Positions 9,050 through 17,853 of a stretch of 64,000 nt of DNA are shown here, piece after piece. The notes under the pieces were generated by a model. That model did not search any database. It worked only from the letters and a program-made list of their open reading frames with translations, and was not told the origin of the DNA. Position 1 is the first letter of the stretch; each line of letters begins with the position of its first letter. The position numbers and the translations under genes are program-made. Source of the stretch: Planctomycetota bacterium (lineage in GTDB: Bacteria; Planctomycetota; UBA1135; UBA2386); the NCBI GenBank assembly GCA_965228735.1, contig OZ245838.1:6880001-6944000 (forward strand). The letters are read 5' to 3'.

Positions 9050-10732
9050 ATGAGTCGATACCCGATCCGTTCCAGGTTCCGCAGCGCCGTGATCGGCGCG
9101 CTCTCTGCCGTACCACTGCTGGTTGCCCCACTCCTCGTGGGGCCCGCACTCGCCGCGCAGGACCCGGGCATCGCCCGCTACGTCGCGGGCCGATTCGCCG
9201 AGGACGCGCCCGGTTGTGTGGTTGCCGTCGTCGAGGACGGCAAGATTCTCGCGACCCATGCGCGCGGCCTCGCCGAGGTCGGTCGCGATCGCGCGATCGA
9301 TGCGGATTCGGCGTTCTACCTCGCGTCGGTCAGCAAGCAATTCACCGCCGCGTGCGTCCATCTGCTGCACCGTCGGAACGAGCTGTCGCTCGATGACAGC
9401 GTTCGGAAGTTCGTGCCGGGGCTGCCGGGCTACGCCGACGGGATCACGGTGCGACACCTGATCCACCATCGCTCCGGCCTGCGCGACTGCTTCGAGCTGA
9501 TGGTGCTCGCGAAGATGGACGTTCACGGTGCCCATTCGCACGCCGACGTGCTGGAGCTCGTGTGCCGCCAGCAGGGGCTCAACTTCGAGCCGGGAACCGA
9601 GTTCCTCTACAGCAACACGGGCTATCTGCTGCTGGCGGAGATCGTCGAGGCCGTGAGCGGGCAGTCGCTGCGCGAGTTCGCCCACGAGAACCTGTTCGAG
9701 CCTCTCGGCATGGCGCGAACCGGCTTTCGGGATACGCCCGACCGGCGCTTCGACGGTCTCGTTGCCGGCCACGAGGTGGCCCGCGGCGAGGTGCGGTCGG
9801 TCGCAACGAAGTTCCACCTCGTCGGTTCGGGTGGCGTTGTCTCGACTGCCGGCGACCTCGCGAAGTGGGCCACCGAGTTGGATCGCGGCGAGCTGCTCGG
9901 AGAGGACTTGATCGCGACGCTGCAGGCGCCGATCGAGCTCGGCGCCGACGACGGTCGCGACCCGAAACTCGGGCACTATGCCGCCGGCATGTTGATCGGC
10001 GACTTCGGCGGCCAGCGGACGGTCTGGCATCCGGGCGGATCGCTGGGGTTCAGCACGTGTCTGCTTCGCATTCCTGAACGGCAGCTCTCGATCATCGTGC
10101 TGTGCAACTCCTCGTTCGGGCCGGCCCGGACGGTTGCGTTCGACCTCGCGGCGCTGCTTGTCGGATCACCCCGGTCAGCGGCGTCCGCGCCCGTTGCGGA
10201 AGGCCCGCGCGACGGCCGGCATGTGTTCCGCCATCCGCGGACCAACGAGATCGTCGTGTCGATCGTTCGCGGCGAACGGATCAAGCTCGCGACGGCTGCC
10301 TGGGACGTGCCGATGCGCGCGGTCGATGCGACGAGCATCGCCAGCGTGGACACTGCGCTCCCGATCGCGGCGACGTTCGTCTACCAGGACGACGGGCCGG
10401 CCGATCTGCGGTTGCAGATCGGCGCGCAGGCGCCGTTCGTGTGCCACGGATTGCAGCTCGAACGCGTCGCGCCCGAGAAGGTGGAGTCACTCGTCGGGAC
10501 GTGGCGCAGCGAAGAGGCCGGCGCGTCGCTCACCTTCGCGTCAGGTCGCGGCGGCGTGAGGATCGCGGACCAGCTGCAGCTCGACCCCGGGCCGCTCTAC
10601 GCGCTGCAACCGGACCTGTTCGTGGCCAACGACGGCAGCTTCACGCTCGAAACCGACCGCGACCCGGCGGGCGATGTCACGACGGTGTGGGTCAGCACGA
10701 AGGGGGCCCGCAGGCTGCGCTACACGCGGTAG
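9050..10732 (+). CDS. Secreted serine hydrolase, beta-lactamase class C-like
   Basis: Signal peptide, LASVSKQF (SxxK), YSNTGY (YxN), HPGG. Confidence 0.92.
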   Translation: MSRYPIRSRFRSAVIGALSAVPLLVAPLLVGPALAAQDPGIARYVAGRFAEDAPGCVVAVVEDGKILATHARGLAEVGRDRAIDADSAFYLASVSKQFTAACVHLLHRRNELSLDDSVRKFVPGLPGYADGITVRHLIHHRSGLRDCFELMVLAKMDVHGAHSHADVLELVCRQQGLNFEPGTEFLYSNTGYLLLAEIVEAVSGQSLREFAHENLFEPLGMARTGFRDTPDRRFDGLVAGHEVARGEVRSVATKFHLVGSGGVVSTAGDLAKWATELDRGELLGEDLIATLQAPIELGADDGRDPKLGHYAAGMLIGDFGGQRTVWHPGGSLGFSTCLLRIPERQLSIIVLCNSSFGPARTVAFDLAALLVGSPRSAASAPVAEGPRDGRHVFRHPRTNEIVVSIVRGERIKLATAAWDVPMRAVDATSIASVDTALPIAATFVYQDDGPADLRLQIGAQAPFVCHGLQLERVAPEKVESLVGTWRSEEAGASLTFASGRGGVRIADQLQLDPGPLYALQPDLFVANDGSFTLETDRDPAGDVTTVWVSTKGARRLRYTR

Positions 10733-10999
10733 GGCGGGGCCGCACCTATCCCGATCGCCCGCGCCAGTCGAGGAAGACGATGTCGAGCCATTCGCCCCAA
10801 CCTCGTGGCGAATGGTCGATGGGCAACTCGAGGACACGAAGGTCCGCCGATCGATCGCGGAGCGCACCGGCGAGCGCGCGGCCATCCGCGACCAGCCGCA
10901 CGAGCGGCATCCAGGCCGGAGTCCGGCGCGGCATGGGATGGCGGTGCGGCAAGGTCACTGCACGGTATCGCGTCGGTCCGTCAGACCCAGGGTTCCCGC

Positions 11000-11728
11000 T
11001 CAGCGCTGCGTCCGTCCGAAACCGCGCAGTGCGCGCACTGGCCGAAACCCGGTGTCCGGATCGCCGTCGGGGCTCCTCGACCATCGGCCGTCGCTGCGGA
11101 CGAGGTCGAGGCCGTACCGCCATGACCCGCCGCGCGCGACGGCGACGTCAGGCGGCTCCGGCGCGCACCATTCCATGACGTTGCCGTGCATGTCGTACAG
11201 CCCCCAGGCATTGGGGGCGTAGGACCGGACGGGCCGCGTCCGGTTGCCGGGCTGGGGTTTTCGCGGGTCACCGGCCGCGGCGTTCGCCCTGGCGTGATCG
11301 AACTCGTCCCCGAACGAGTAGGCCGTCGTCGTTCTGGCGCGGCACGCGTGCTCCCACTCGCGCTCGGTCGGCAGGCGAAAGCCCGGGCCGAGCCACTCGA
11401 TGAACGCTCGCGCTGCCGACAGGGACACCATGTCGACGGGTTGGTCGAGGCCTCCGAAGACGCTGATGTGATGGGGATCGAACCGCAGGAAGGCCGCGTT
11501 CGTGACCTCCGTCTCGCAGAGATAGAAGGGCTCGAGTTCTTCATCTCCCGGAACCAGGACGAAGCGCAGGCCGGAACGCGGTTCCTCGAACGACGGCGGC
11601 AGACCGAGCCGCTGCGCCGTCGCGCCCGGCGTCCGCGCGTCGCGGGAGTCCGGTCGGGTCGAGCAGCTCGGGTGCGCGAGGGCGAGGAGGACGAGTGCTC
11701 CGAGAGCGGTTCCGAGTCGGCTGTCCAT
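11000..11728 (-). CDS. FGE-sulfatase (SUMF1)-domain exported protein, probably non-catalytic
   Basis: ETEVTN, RLPTEREWEHACRA, NAWGLYDMHGNVMEW, RGGSW, GFR; lacks the FGE catalytic Cys pair. Confidence 0.85.
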   Translation of the reverse strand: MDSRLGTALGALVLLALAHPSCSTRPDSRDARTPGATAQRLGLPPSFEEPRSGLRFVLVPGDEELEPFYLCETEVTNAAFLRFDPHHISVFGGLDQPVDMVSLSAARAFIEWLGPGFRLPTEREWEHACRARTTTAYSFGDEFDHARANAAAGDPRKPQPGNRTRPVRSYAPNAWGLYDMHGNVMEWCAPEPPDVAVARGGSWRYGLDLVRSDGRWSRSPDGDPDTGFRPVRALRGFGRTQR

Positions 11729-12014
11729 CGAGGGTATCGTGCGGCCGTGTGTTGCCGGTCCGGTCTGGACCAACGTCGGTCTCTTGTCGCGGGGGCGAGG
11801 GAATCGCGCAACCCGTGCTCCGTCCGCTTCTCGCGCGTGGCGGTGGCTGGCCGTCGGTGGTCAGGAATCGTCAAGACGCGTGTGACCGGGTCGTCCCCGA
11901 CCGGGGCCTACCGGGTCGGCCTGGACAGGCGCTCGAGGTCGCGGCGAAGTGCCGGAGCGAACATGAGCCGTTGCCAGGCGCTACGATGCGAGGGTCTCGT
12001 GCCCTGGCCCTGAC

Positions 12015-12845
12015 ATGCCCGATTACCGCGAACACCAACCCGCCGCGCCGCTCCGCTCGTTCGTGCGGTGCATCTGGGAGCTCGTCGCTGACCCTGCGGA
12101 AGAACCGGGTGGCGCGCTCGAGCGCGTGTTGCCGGACGGTTGCATGGAGTGGGTGTTCCATCTTGGCACGCCGTTTCGGATCGAGCGCGCGCCGGGGCGA
12201 CTCGAGCGCCAGGCGCATGCGCTGATCGGCGGCGTGACGACGCGCGCGATCCTGCTCGAGCCGAGTGCCGACGCGTGGGTGTTGGGCGTGCGGTTCGAGC
12301 CGGGGCATGCGTGGGCTGCCGCCGGGATGCCGGCGCGTGAGCTCGCCGACCGCGTCGTGGCCGCGGATCACGATCCGTGGTTCGCGGAGGTGACCGGACG
12401 GCTGCACGATGCCGCACCCGCAGAACGGGTCGGGCACCTGCAGGCCGAGTTGCTCGACCGCTTCGCGAACGGGCCCCGGCCGCGTCGCGCCGCGCGCGAT
12501 CTCGGGCTCGCGATTCGGGCGCTCGTCGACGGACGTGCGACGGTCGATCAGGTCGCGCGGTCCTGCGGGCTGAGTCCGCGGCAGCTGCAGCGGCGGTTCC
12601 TGGCCGAGGTCGGCGTCGGGCCGAAGCACCTGGCGCGCATCACCCGGTTCGCGCGGGCGGTGGAGCTCGTGTCGTGGACCGATCAGCCGCTGACCTCCGT
12701 CGCGTATGCCGAAGGCTACGCCGACCAGTCGCACTTCACGCGCGAGTTCAAACAGCTGGCCGGTCTGTCGCCGCGGCAGTATCGCGCGGAGACCCACGGC
12801 ATGGCCGAGGCCTTCGCCGGGGGCGCGACGTCGCATTCGTTCTAG
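12015..12845 (+). CDS. AraC family regulator (DUF6597-like N-terminus)
   Basis: VLPDGC; LSPRQLQRRF; GYADQSHFTREFK. Confidence 0.92.
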   Translation: MPDYREHQPAAPLRSFVRCIWELVADPAEEPGGALERVLPDGCMEWVFHLGTPFRIERAPGRLERQAHALIGGVTTRAILLEPSADAWVLGVRFEPGHAWAAAGMPARELADRVVAADHDPWFAEVTGRLHDAAPAERVGHLQAELLDRFANGPRPRRAARDLGLAIRALVDGRATVDQVARSCGLSPRQLQRRFLAEVGVGPKHLARITRFARAVELVSWTDQPLTSVAYAEGYADQSHFTREFKQLAGLSPRQYRAETHGMAEAFAGGATSHSF

Positions 12846-12905
12846 TCGGCGGCCGCGGCCCGCGCCAAAGTGCCGGCGTTTGCACCCCTCCCCGGAGACC
12901 CTGTC

Positions 12906-13445
12906 ATGACCTCGAACCTCTCGTTCCGAACGCCGCTCGCCGCCGTCCTCCTGCTCGGTGCGCTCCTGGTCCTCACCGGCTCGATCGATCTCGCGTCGCC
13001 GGGCACCGACCCGCAGGACCCGCAGCCGGCCCCGCAGAAGAATGCGAAGAAGAAGCTGACCCTCGCCGACATCGCGTGGCTCTCGGGTCACTGGCGGTCC
13101 GAGAAGCCCGGCAGCATGAGCGAGGAGCTGTGGATGCCGGCGCGCGGCCGCATCATGCTCGGGCTCAACCGCAACGTGCGCGGCAAGGCGCACGGGCAGT
13201 TCGAGTACCTGCGCATCGTGCAGACCAAGATCGACACCTACTACTGGGCGAGTCCCGGCGGCGGCAAGCAGACGCCGTTCAAGATGACGAAGGCGACGGA
13301 GGATCACGTGGTCTTCGAGAACCCGGAGCACGACTTCCCCAAGCGCATCGAGTATCGCCGCAAGGGCGACACGTTGACGGCGCAGATCTTCGGCGACGAA
13401 CCGGGACCGTCGTGGTCGTGGAAGCGGATCGGCGACGTCAAGTAG
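12906..13445 (+). CDS. Exported DUF6265-like protein
   Basis: Signal peptide, WLSGHW, EELW, FEYLRI, FENPEHDFPKRIEY. Confidence 0.8.
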   Translation: MTSNLSFRTPLAAVLLLGALLVLTGSIDLASPGTDPQDPQPAPQKNAKKKLTLADIAWLSGHWRSEKPGSMSEELWMPARGRIMLGLNRNVRGKAHGQFEYLRIVQTKIDTYYWASPGGGKQTPFKMTKATEDHVVFENPEHDFPKRIEYRRKGDTLTAQIFGDEPGPSWSWKRIGDVK

Positions 13446-13490
13446 CGCGGCGAGCCAGCCCCGCTCGGGCCGTTCTGTTACCTTGGCTTT

Positions 13491-13913
13491 GTGCAGAACG
13501 GGTCGAGCACTGAGCCCGCCGCCGCCTGGTGGACCGCTTTCGGTTGGATCGGGTCGATCTGCGCCGGGCTCACGGCCGCGGTCCTGGCCTTGCTCCTCCA
13601 GGGCTCTGTCGCCGCGCTCGAGGTCTACGTGTTCGCGTGCCTCGGGGAGAGCCTCGCGGCCGCCGCAGCGCACACGGTAGTGTTGGCCGCGATCGCGTTC
13701 GCGGGCGTGTGGGCGGCCGGCGTGACGGCGCCGGTGGGGCTCGGACTCCGGCCGGCAGTCGTGGCCTGGTGCATCGTGGTCGGCTACCTCGGGTGGGCGA
13801 TGCGGGAACCGCGGTATCTCGAGCTGCTGTTCGGCGCGGTCGCCGGGCTGGCGCTGGGGCGATCCGTGCTGCGACCGAGATCGCGAAGTGTCCGCCCCGG
13901 AACGGCGCGTTGA
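13491..13913 (+). CDS. Hypothetical 4-TM membrane protein
   Basis: Hydrophobic ORF; paralogous to the next gene. Confidence 0.65.
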   Translation: MQNGSSTEPAAAWWTAFGWIGSICAGLTAAVLALLLQGSVAALEVYVFACLGESLAAAAAHTVVLAAIAFAGVWAAGVTAPVGLGLRPAVVAWCIVVGYLGWAMREPRYLELLFGAVAGLALGRSVLRPRSRSVRPGTAR

Positions 13914-14350
13914 CCACGTCGCCCGACGGTTCTGGCGGCGGACCGACCGCCACCTGGCCGCGCGTCTTCGGGTGGATCGGCTCGACGTGCGCCGGGCTCG
14001 CGGCGGCGTGGCTCGTCTGGCGCGAGGCGTGGTTCATCACGCTCATGCTCTGGAAGTTCGGGGAGGGTGGCGTCCGCGCGTGGGTGTTCGGCATCAACAC
14101 GACCGCGGCCACGTACGCATGCGTCCTGGTTGCCGGCGTGACGGCTCCGACCTCGCGCCCGATCTGGCCGGGTGTCCTCGCCTGGGCCAACCTCGTCGGC
14201 TACCGCGCTTGGGCGACGTGGGGTGCGCCCGGGCACTCGTGGTGGTTCGAGTCGCTGCTCGGGCTGGTCGTGGGGCTGGCGTTGGCGGCATGGACCCTGC
14301 ATCCGATCTCGAAGTGGCGGGCGCAGCGGGCCGCGGCGCGCGCGAAGTAG
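13910..14350 (+). CDS. Hypothetical 4-TM membrane protein (tandem paralog)
   Basis: TTG start overlaps the previous TGA; shares FGWIGSxCAGLxAA and AGVTAP with it. Confidence 0.65.
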   Translation: MTTSPDGSGGGPTATWPRVFGWIGSTCAGLAAAWLVWREAWFITLMLWKFGEGGVRAWVFGINTTAATYACVLVAGVTAPTSRPIWPGVLAWANLVGYRAWATWGAPGHSWWFESLLGLVVGLALAAWTLHPISKWRAQRAAARAK

Positions 14351-14446
14351 CCGCTGCGACGGGCAGCTCCGTGCCGCTGCATCGATGCGGGACGGCGCGT
14401 ATCGAGAGGCTCAGTTTCGGCGTTGCCCGCGGTCGAAGACTCGCCA

Positions 14447-15685
14447 ATGACCACTCTGCAGGAGTCCGTTTCGGACCGCGTTCGCGCCTGCCGTTTCCGC
14501 GCGGACGTCGCGCTGCTCGAGCGGATCACGGGCGACCAGCAGTTGCATGCCGCGATTCAGGACCCGCGCGCCCTCGAGCATCGGCGCACGGCCCGCGGGC
14601 AGCTGCTCGCCTCGGCCGTGCGGGTCGACGAACGCATCGTGCCCGGGCTCGCGCGCACGTTCGCCGAGATCGCCGAGCGCGCCGGCATCGACGTGCCGTT
14701 CGAGGCCTACGTGCACCAGGACGCAGAGATCAACGCCTACGTCGGGATGGGCGCCGGGCACCTGCTCATCTCGCTGACGAGCGGGGCGGTCGAGCTGCTC
14801 GACGAGAACGAGCTCGAGTTCGTCATCGGCCACGAGCTCGGCCACGCGCTGTTCGGGCACCTCGACTACGTGCCCGGATTCGCGCTCGAGCACGGCAACA
14901 TCCCGACGCGCGACGCGATGCTCGTGACCGCGTGGCAGCGCGCGTGTGAGATCTCCGCGGATCGCGCGGGGCTGCTGTGCTGCGGCGATCTCGACGTTGC
15001 GTCGACCGCGATCTTCAAGACGCTGTCGGGCCTGCGCACGCCGGTGCGGATCGACGCTCACACGTTCGCCGACCAATGGGAGCAGCTGCAGCAAGAACTC
15101 GTGCAGCGCGGCGATCGCGAGCACTGGAAGTTCAGTCACCCGTTCCCGCCGATGCGGCTGCAGGCGTTGATCGCGTTCGCCGGCGCGGGTGGTCTCGAGG
15201 CCCGCCCGGCCGACTGCGGCGAACGCCAGGAGGCCGACAGGACGGTGCAGAGCCTGCTGGCGTTCATGGATCCGCTCGCGCGCGAAGAAGGCGAGATCTC
15301 CGATCCCACGCTGGCCGAGTTCATGCTCTGGGGCGGCCTCTACCTGGCCATCGGCGAGGGCGCGGCGGCCGTCGAGGACCTCGCGCCCCTCGATCGGCTC
15401 GTGTCGAACGCGCGGCTCACGCAGGCGTTCGCGGCGCTGCCGAGTCGCGCGCGGTGCCTCGATGAGCTCGAGAACGCGCTCGGTTGCCGGGACCGCCGGC
15501 TGCGCAGTCTCGAGGTCTACCGCATCGTCGAGTGCTTGACGGGCACCGCGGCGCAGGGCGGCGTGCTTTCGGCAAGCGCGCGCGAATCCATGATCCACGT
15601 CGCGGGGAAGCTCGGTCTCAAAGCAGAGGCCGGCACCGCGATCATCGACCGAGTGCTGAAGGGAACGAACGGAGAAGACCAATGA
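14447..15685 (+). CDS. M48 family metallopeptidase with TerB-like helical C-terminus
   Basis: INAY, FVIGHELGH, EISADRAG, SHP. Confidence 0.85.
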   Translation: MTTLQESVSDRVRACRFRADVALLERITGDQQLHAAIQDPRALEHRRTARGQLLASAVRVDERIVPGLARTFAEIAERAGIDVPFEAYVHQDAEINAYVGMGAGHLLISLTSGAVELLDENELEFVIGHELGHALFGHLDYVPGFALEHGNIPTRDAMLVTAWQRACEISADRAGLLCCGDLDVASTAIFKTLSGLRTPVRIDAHTFADQWEQLQQELVQRGDREHWKFSHPFPPMRLQALIAFAGAGGLEARPADCGERQEADRTVQSLLAFMDPLAREEGEISDPTLAEFMLWGGLYLAIGEGAAAVEDLAPLDRLVSNARLTQAFAALPSRARCLDELENALGCRDRRLRSLEVYRIVECLTGTAAQGGVLSASARESMIHVAGKLGLKAEAGTAIIDRVLKGTNGEDQ

Positions 15686-16134
15686 ACGACACCGCAGGCA
15701 TGAAGACCGTCCTCGAGCAGGTCGAACGCATCGCCACGATGAGTGGGCTCGTCGGCGAGCAGCGCGACGAGGATTTCGCGATGCTGTTCGACCTCGGCGA
15801 CGACCGCTCACAAGCCGTCTACGTCAAGCCCACGGGCACGTTCGAGGACAGCACGATCGTGACGTTCTTCTCGCCGGCTCACATCGTGGCGAAGGGCGGC
15901 ATGTTCAAGAAGGGTCTGAGCCGCGAAGCCGCGATCGAGCTGCTCATGGCCAACGAGAACATGATGTTCGCGCGCTTCGGGCTGTGGACCTCCGACGAGG
16001 AGGACACGATCGTCTGCAGCGTGGACGCGCTCCTGGAGTCGATGGACCCGGAGGAGTTCAGCCAGTTCGCGCACCGCGTCGCGCACGCCGCCGACGACTA
16101 CGAAGCGGCGCACGGCGGCGCGGACCAGTTCTGA
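15682..16134 (+). CDS. YbjN/type III chaperone-like acidic protein
   Basis: ATGA overlap with the M48 gene; DRSQAVYV, LLMANE..FARF, VAHAADDYE pattern. Confidence 0.7.
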   Translation: MNDTAGMKTVLEQVERIATMSGLVGEQRDEDFAMLFDLGDDRSQAVYVKPTGTFEDSTIVTFFSPAHIVAKGGMFKKGLSREAAIELLMANENMMFARFGLWTSDEEDTIVCSVDALLESMDPEEFSQFAHRVAHAADDYEAAHGGADQF

Positions 16135-16249
16135 GCCCGGTAGCTCGCGCAGCGAGCAAACGGACTCAGGACCTCGCCGCGCTCCTGCGGAGCGCCGCTT
16201 CGGTTCTGATCGATCGATCGGCCAGCCCTCGGCTCGCCGAGGAGGGTCG

Positions 16250-17686
16250 TCAGTTGCCGACCCGCAGGCCGATCGCGTTCGAGGTCAGGACTTCGTACTG
16301 GAACGGCACGACCGCGCTCGGATCCGGCACGAGGAACTGCGCGAACAGATCGACCCCGACGAACGCGGGGTTGGCCGGAATACTGACGGCGAAGCGGGCT
16401 GCGCCGTTCGTCGGGAGCACGACGACGGGAGCGTCGGCCGCGACCCGCAGCGGACATAGGCTCGCCACTCCGAACGTAGCGAGCGATGTCGGTAGGGGGA
16501 TCGGGCCCGAGAACTGGTCGGACAGTCCGAGCGCGAGCACGCCGAACGCAGCGGTGCTCGGCCAGCGGGTGGCTGCGAGTTCGAGCTGGTTGCCGAGGAT
16601 CGGGCGGTCGTCGCCGACCGTGCCGAGCTCCGGTGCCGGCGTCGTGCCGAACGGCGACCGGCAGGCCGTTCCGAGGCTCGCGGTGCGGTTGCGACCCGGT
16701 CCGGCGCCACGCACGACCCAGTTGGTCCGGTTGGTGAGCGTCCGTACGAGAACCTGACCCGTGCTCCCGTCGAACGCCGCGCCGGCGTCCGGGCCGAGGT
16801 CGAATTCGCCGGAGGCGATCGGTGCGGACCAGGTCGATGCCGCCGGGTCGAACTCGAACACGTCGTTCAGCGCGTCGATCTGCAGCACGTTCGTGCCGTT
16901 GACGTTGACCAGCGTGTTCCTCGCGCCACCTGCGAGGACGAACACGTTGCGTTGCAGGTCGAACGCGAACGCTGCGCGATAACGGTCGGTCGGTGCATTG
17001 GGCGTCGAGACCTGGCTCCAGGATCCCTGGGAGTAGAGCCACGTGTCGTTCGACTGCACGGTCGGGCCCTGCGAGCCGCCGAACAGGACCGGCGGCCCGC
17101 CCGGACCGTTCGCGAACGACGCGAAGTCGCGTGCAGCAGGCGCGGTGCCCGGGCTCTGTTGCGTCCAGTTGGTGCCGTCGAAGGTCCACGTGTCGGCGAG
17201 CAAGGTCGTGTTCGGCGCGCGCCCGCCGAACAGCACGATCGACCCCGTAGCGGATTCGAACGCCAGCGCTGTTGCGATCCTGGGCGGGGGCGACGTGCTC
17301 GTTGCGACCTGCAGCCAGCCGCTCGCGTTGAACGTCCACGTCTCGTTCGAGAAGCCGCTGGCGCCGGCGCCGCCGAAGAGCACGACCGTCTGTCGCACGA
17401 GGTCGCTCGCGAGCGCGTAGTCCTGGACGGCGGCGGGGCCGGTGTCGGGCAGGCGGAGCCATTGCCGGCCGTCGAAGCTCCACGACTCCCCGCGGCTGAA
17501 GACGAACGGTTCGAACGTCGGCGACGATGTCAGTGTGCCATGGCCAGCGAAGGCCGGGCTGCCACCGTTCGCCGAGATCACGCGGGCGATCGCGATTTCG
17601 CTCTGGGCCGTGATGACGTCGCCTGGGCCGAAGATCGAGCTGGCCGTGAGGAGCGTCAGCGAGAAGCAGTGTGGAGGAAGTCGCAT
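16250..17686 (-). CDS. Secreted Kelch-repeat protein with a lineage-type C-terminal domain
   Basis: Signal peptide; repeated VLFGG...DTWxF/Y units. Confidence 0.85.
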   Translation of the reverse strand: MRLPPHCFSLTLLTASSIFGPGDVITAQSEIAIARVISANGGSPAFAGHGTLTSSPTFEPFVFSRGESWSFDGRQWLRLPDTGPAAVQDYALASDLVRQTVVLFGGAGASGFSNETWTFNASGWLQVATSTSPPPRIATALAFESATGSIVLFGGRAPNTTLLADTWTFDGTNWTQQSPGTAPAARDFASFANGPGGPPVLFGGSQGPTVQSNDTWLYSQGSWSQVSTPNAPTDRYRAAFAFDLQRNVFVLAGGARNTLVNVNGTNVLQIDALNDVFEFDPAASTWSAPIASGEFDLGPDAGAAFDGSTGQVLVRTLTNRTNWVVRGAGPGRNRTASLGTACRSPFGTTPAPELGTVGDDRPILGNQLELAATRWPSTAAFGVLALGLSDQFSGPIPLPTSLATFGVASLCPLRVAADAPVVVLPTNGAARFAVSIPANPAFVGVDLFAQFLVPDPSAVVPFQYEVLTSNAIGLRVGN

Positions 17687-17853
17687 AGCGGCGCGCGGTC
17701 GGGGATGCCGGGGATAGCCACCGTGCGAGCGGCCGTAACCCGTGAATCGCCGGTGCTGGCCGACTTGCCGAATGGTGACATCGTGACGCCTTGACGGGAG
17801 CTGCGTAGTCCGGGAGGGTGGGGGCTCGTCGCACCCGCTGCAGAAGGAGAGTC

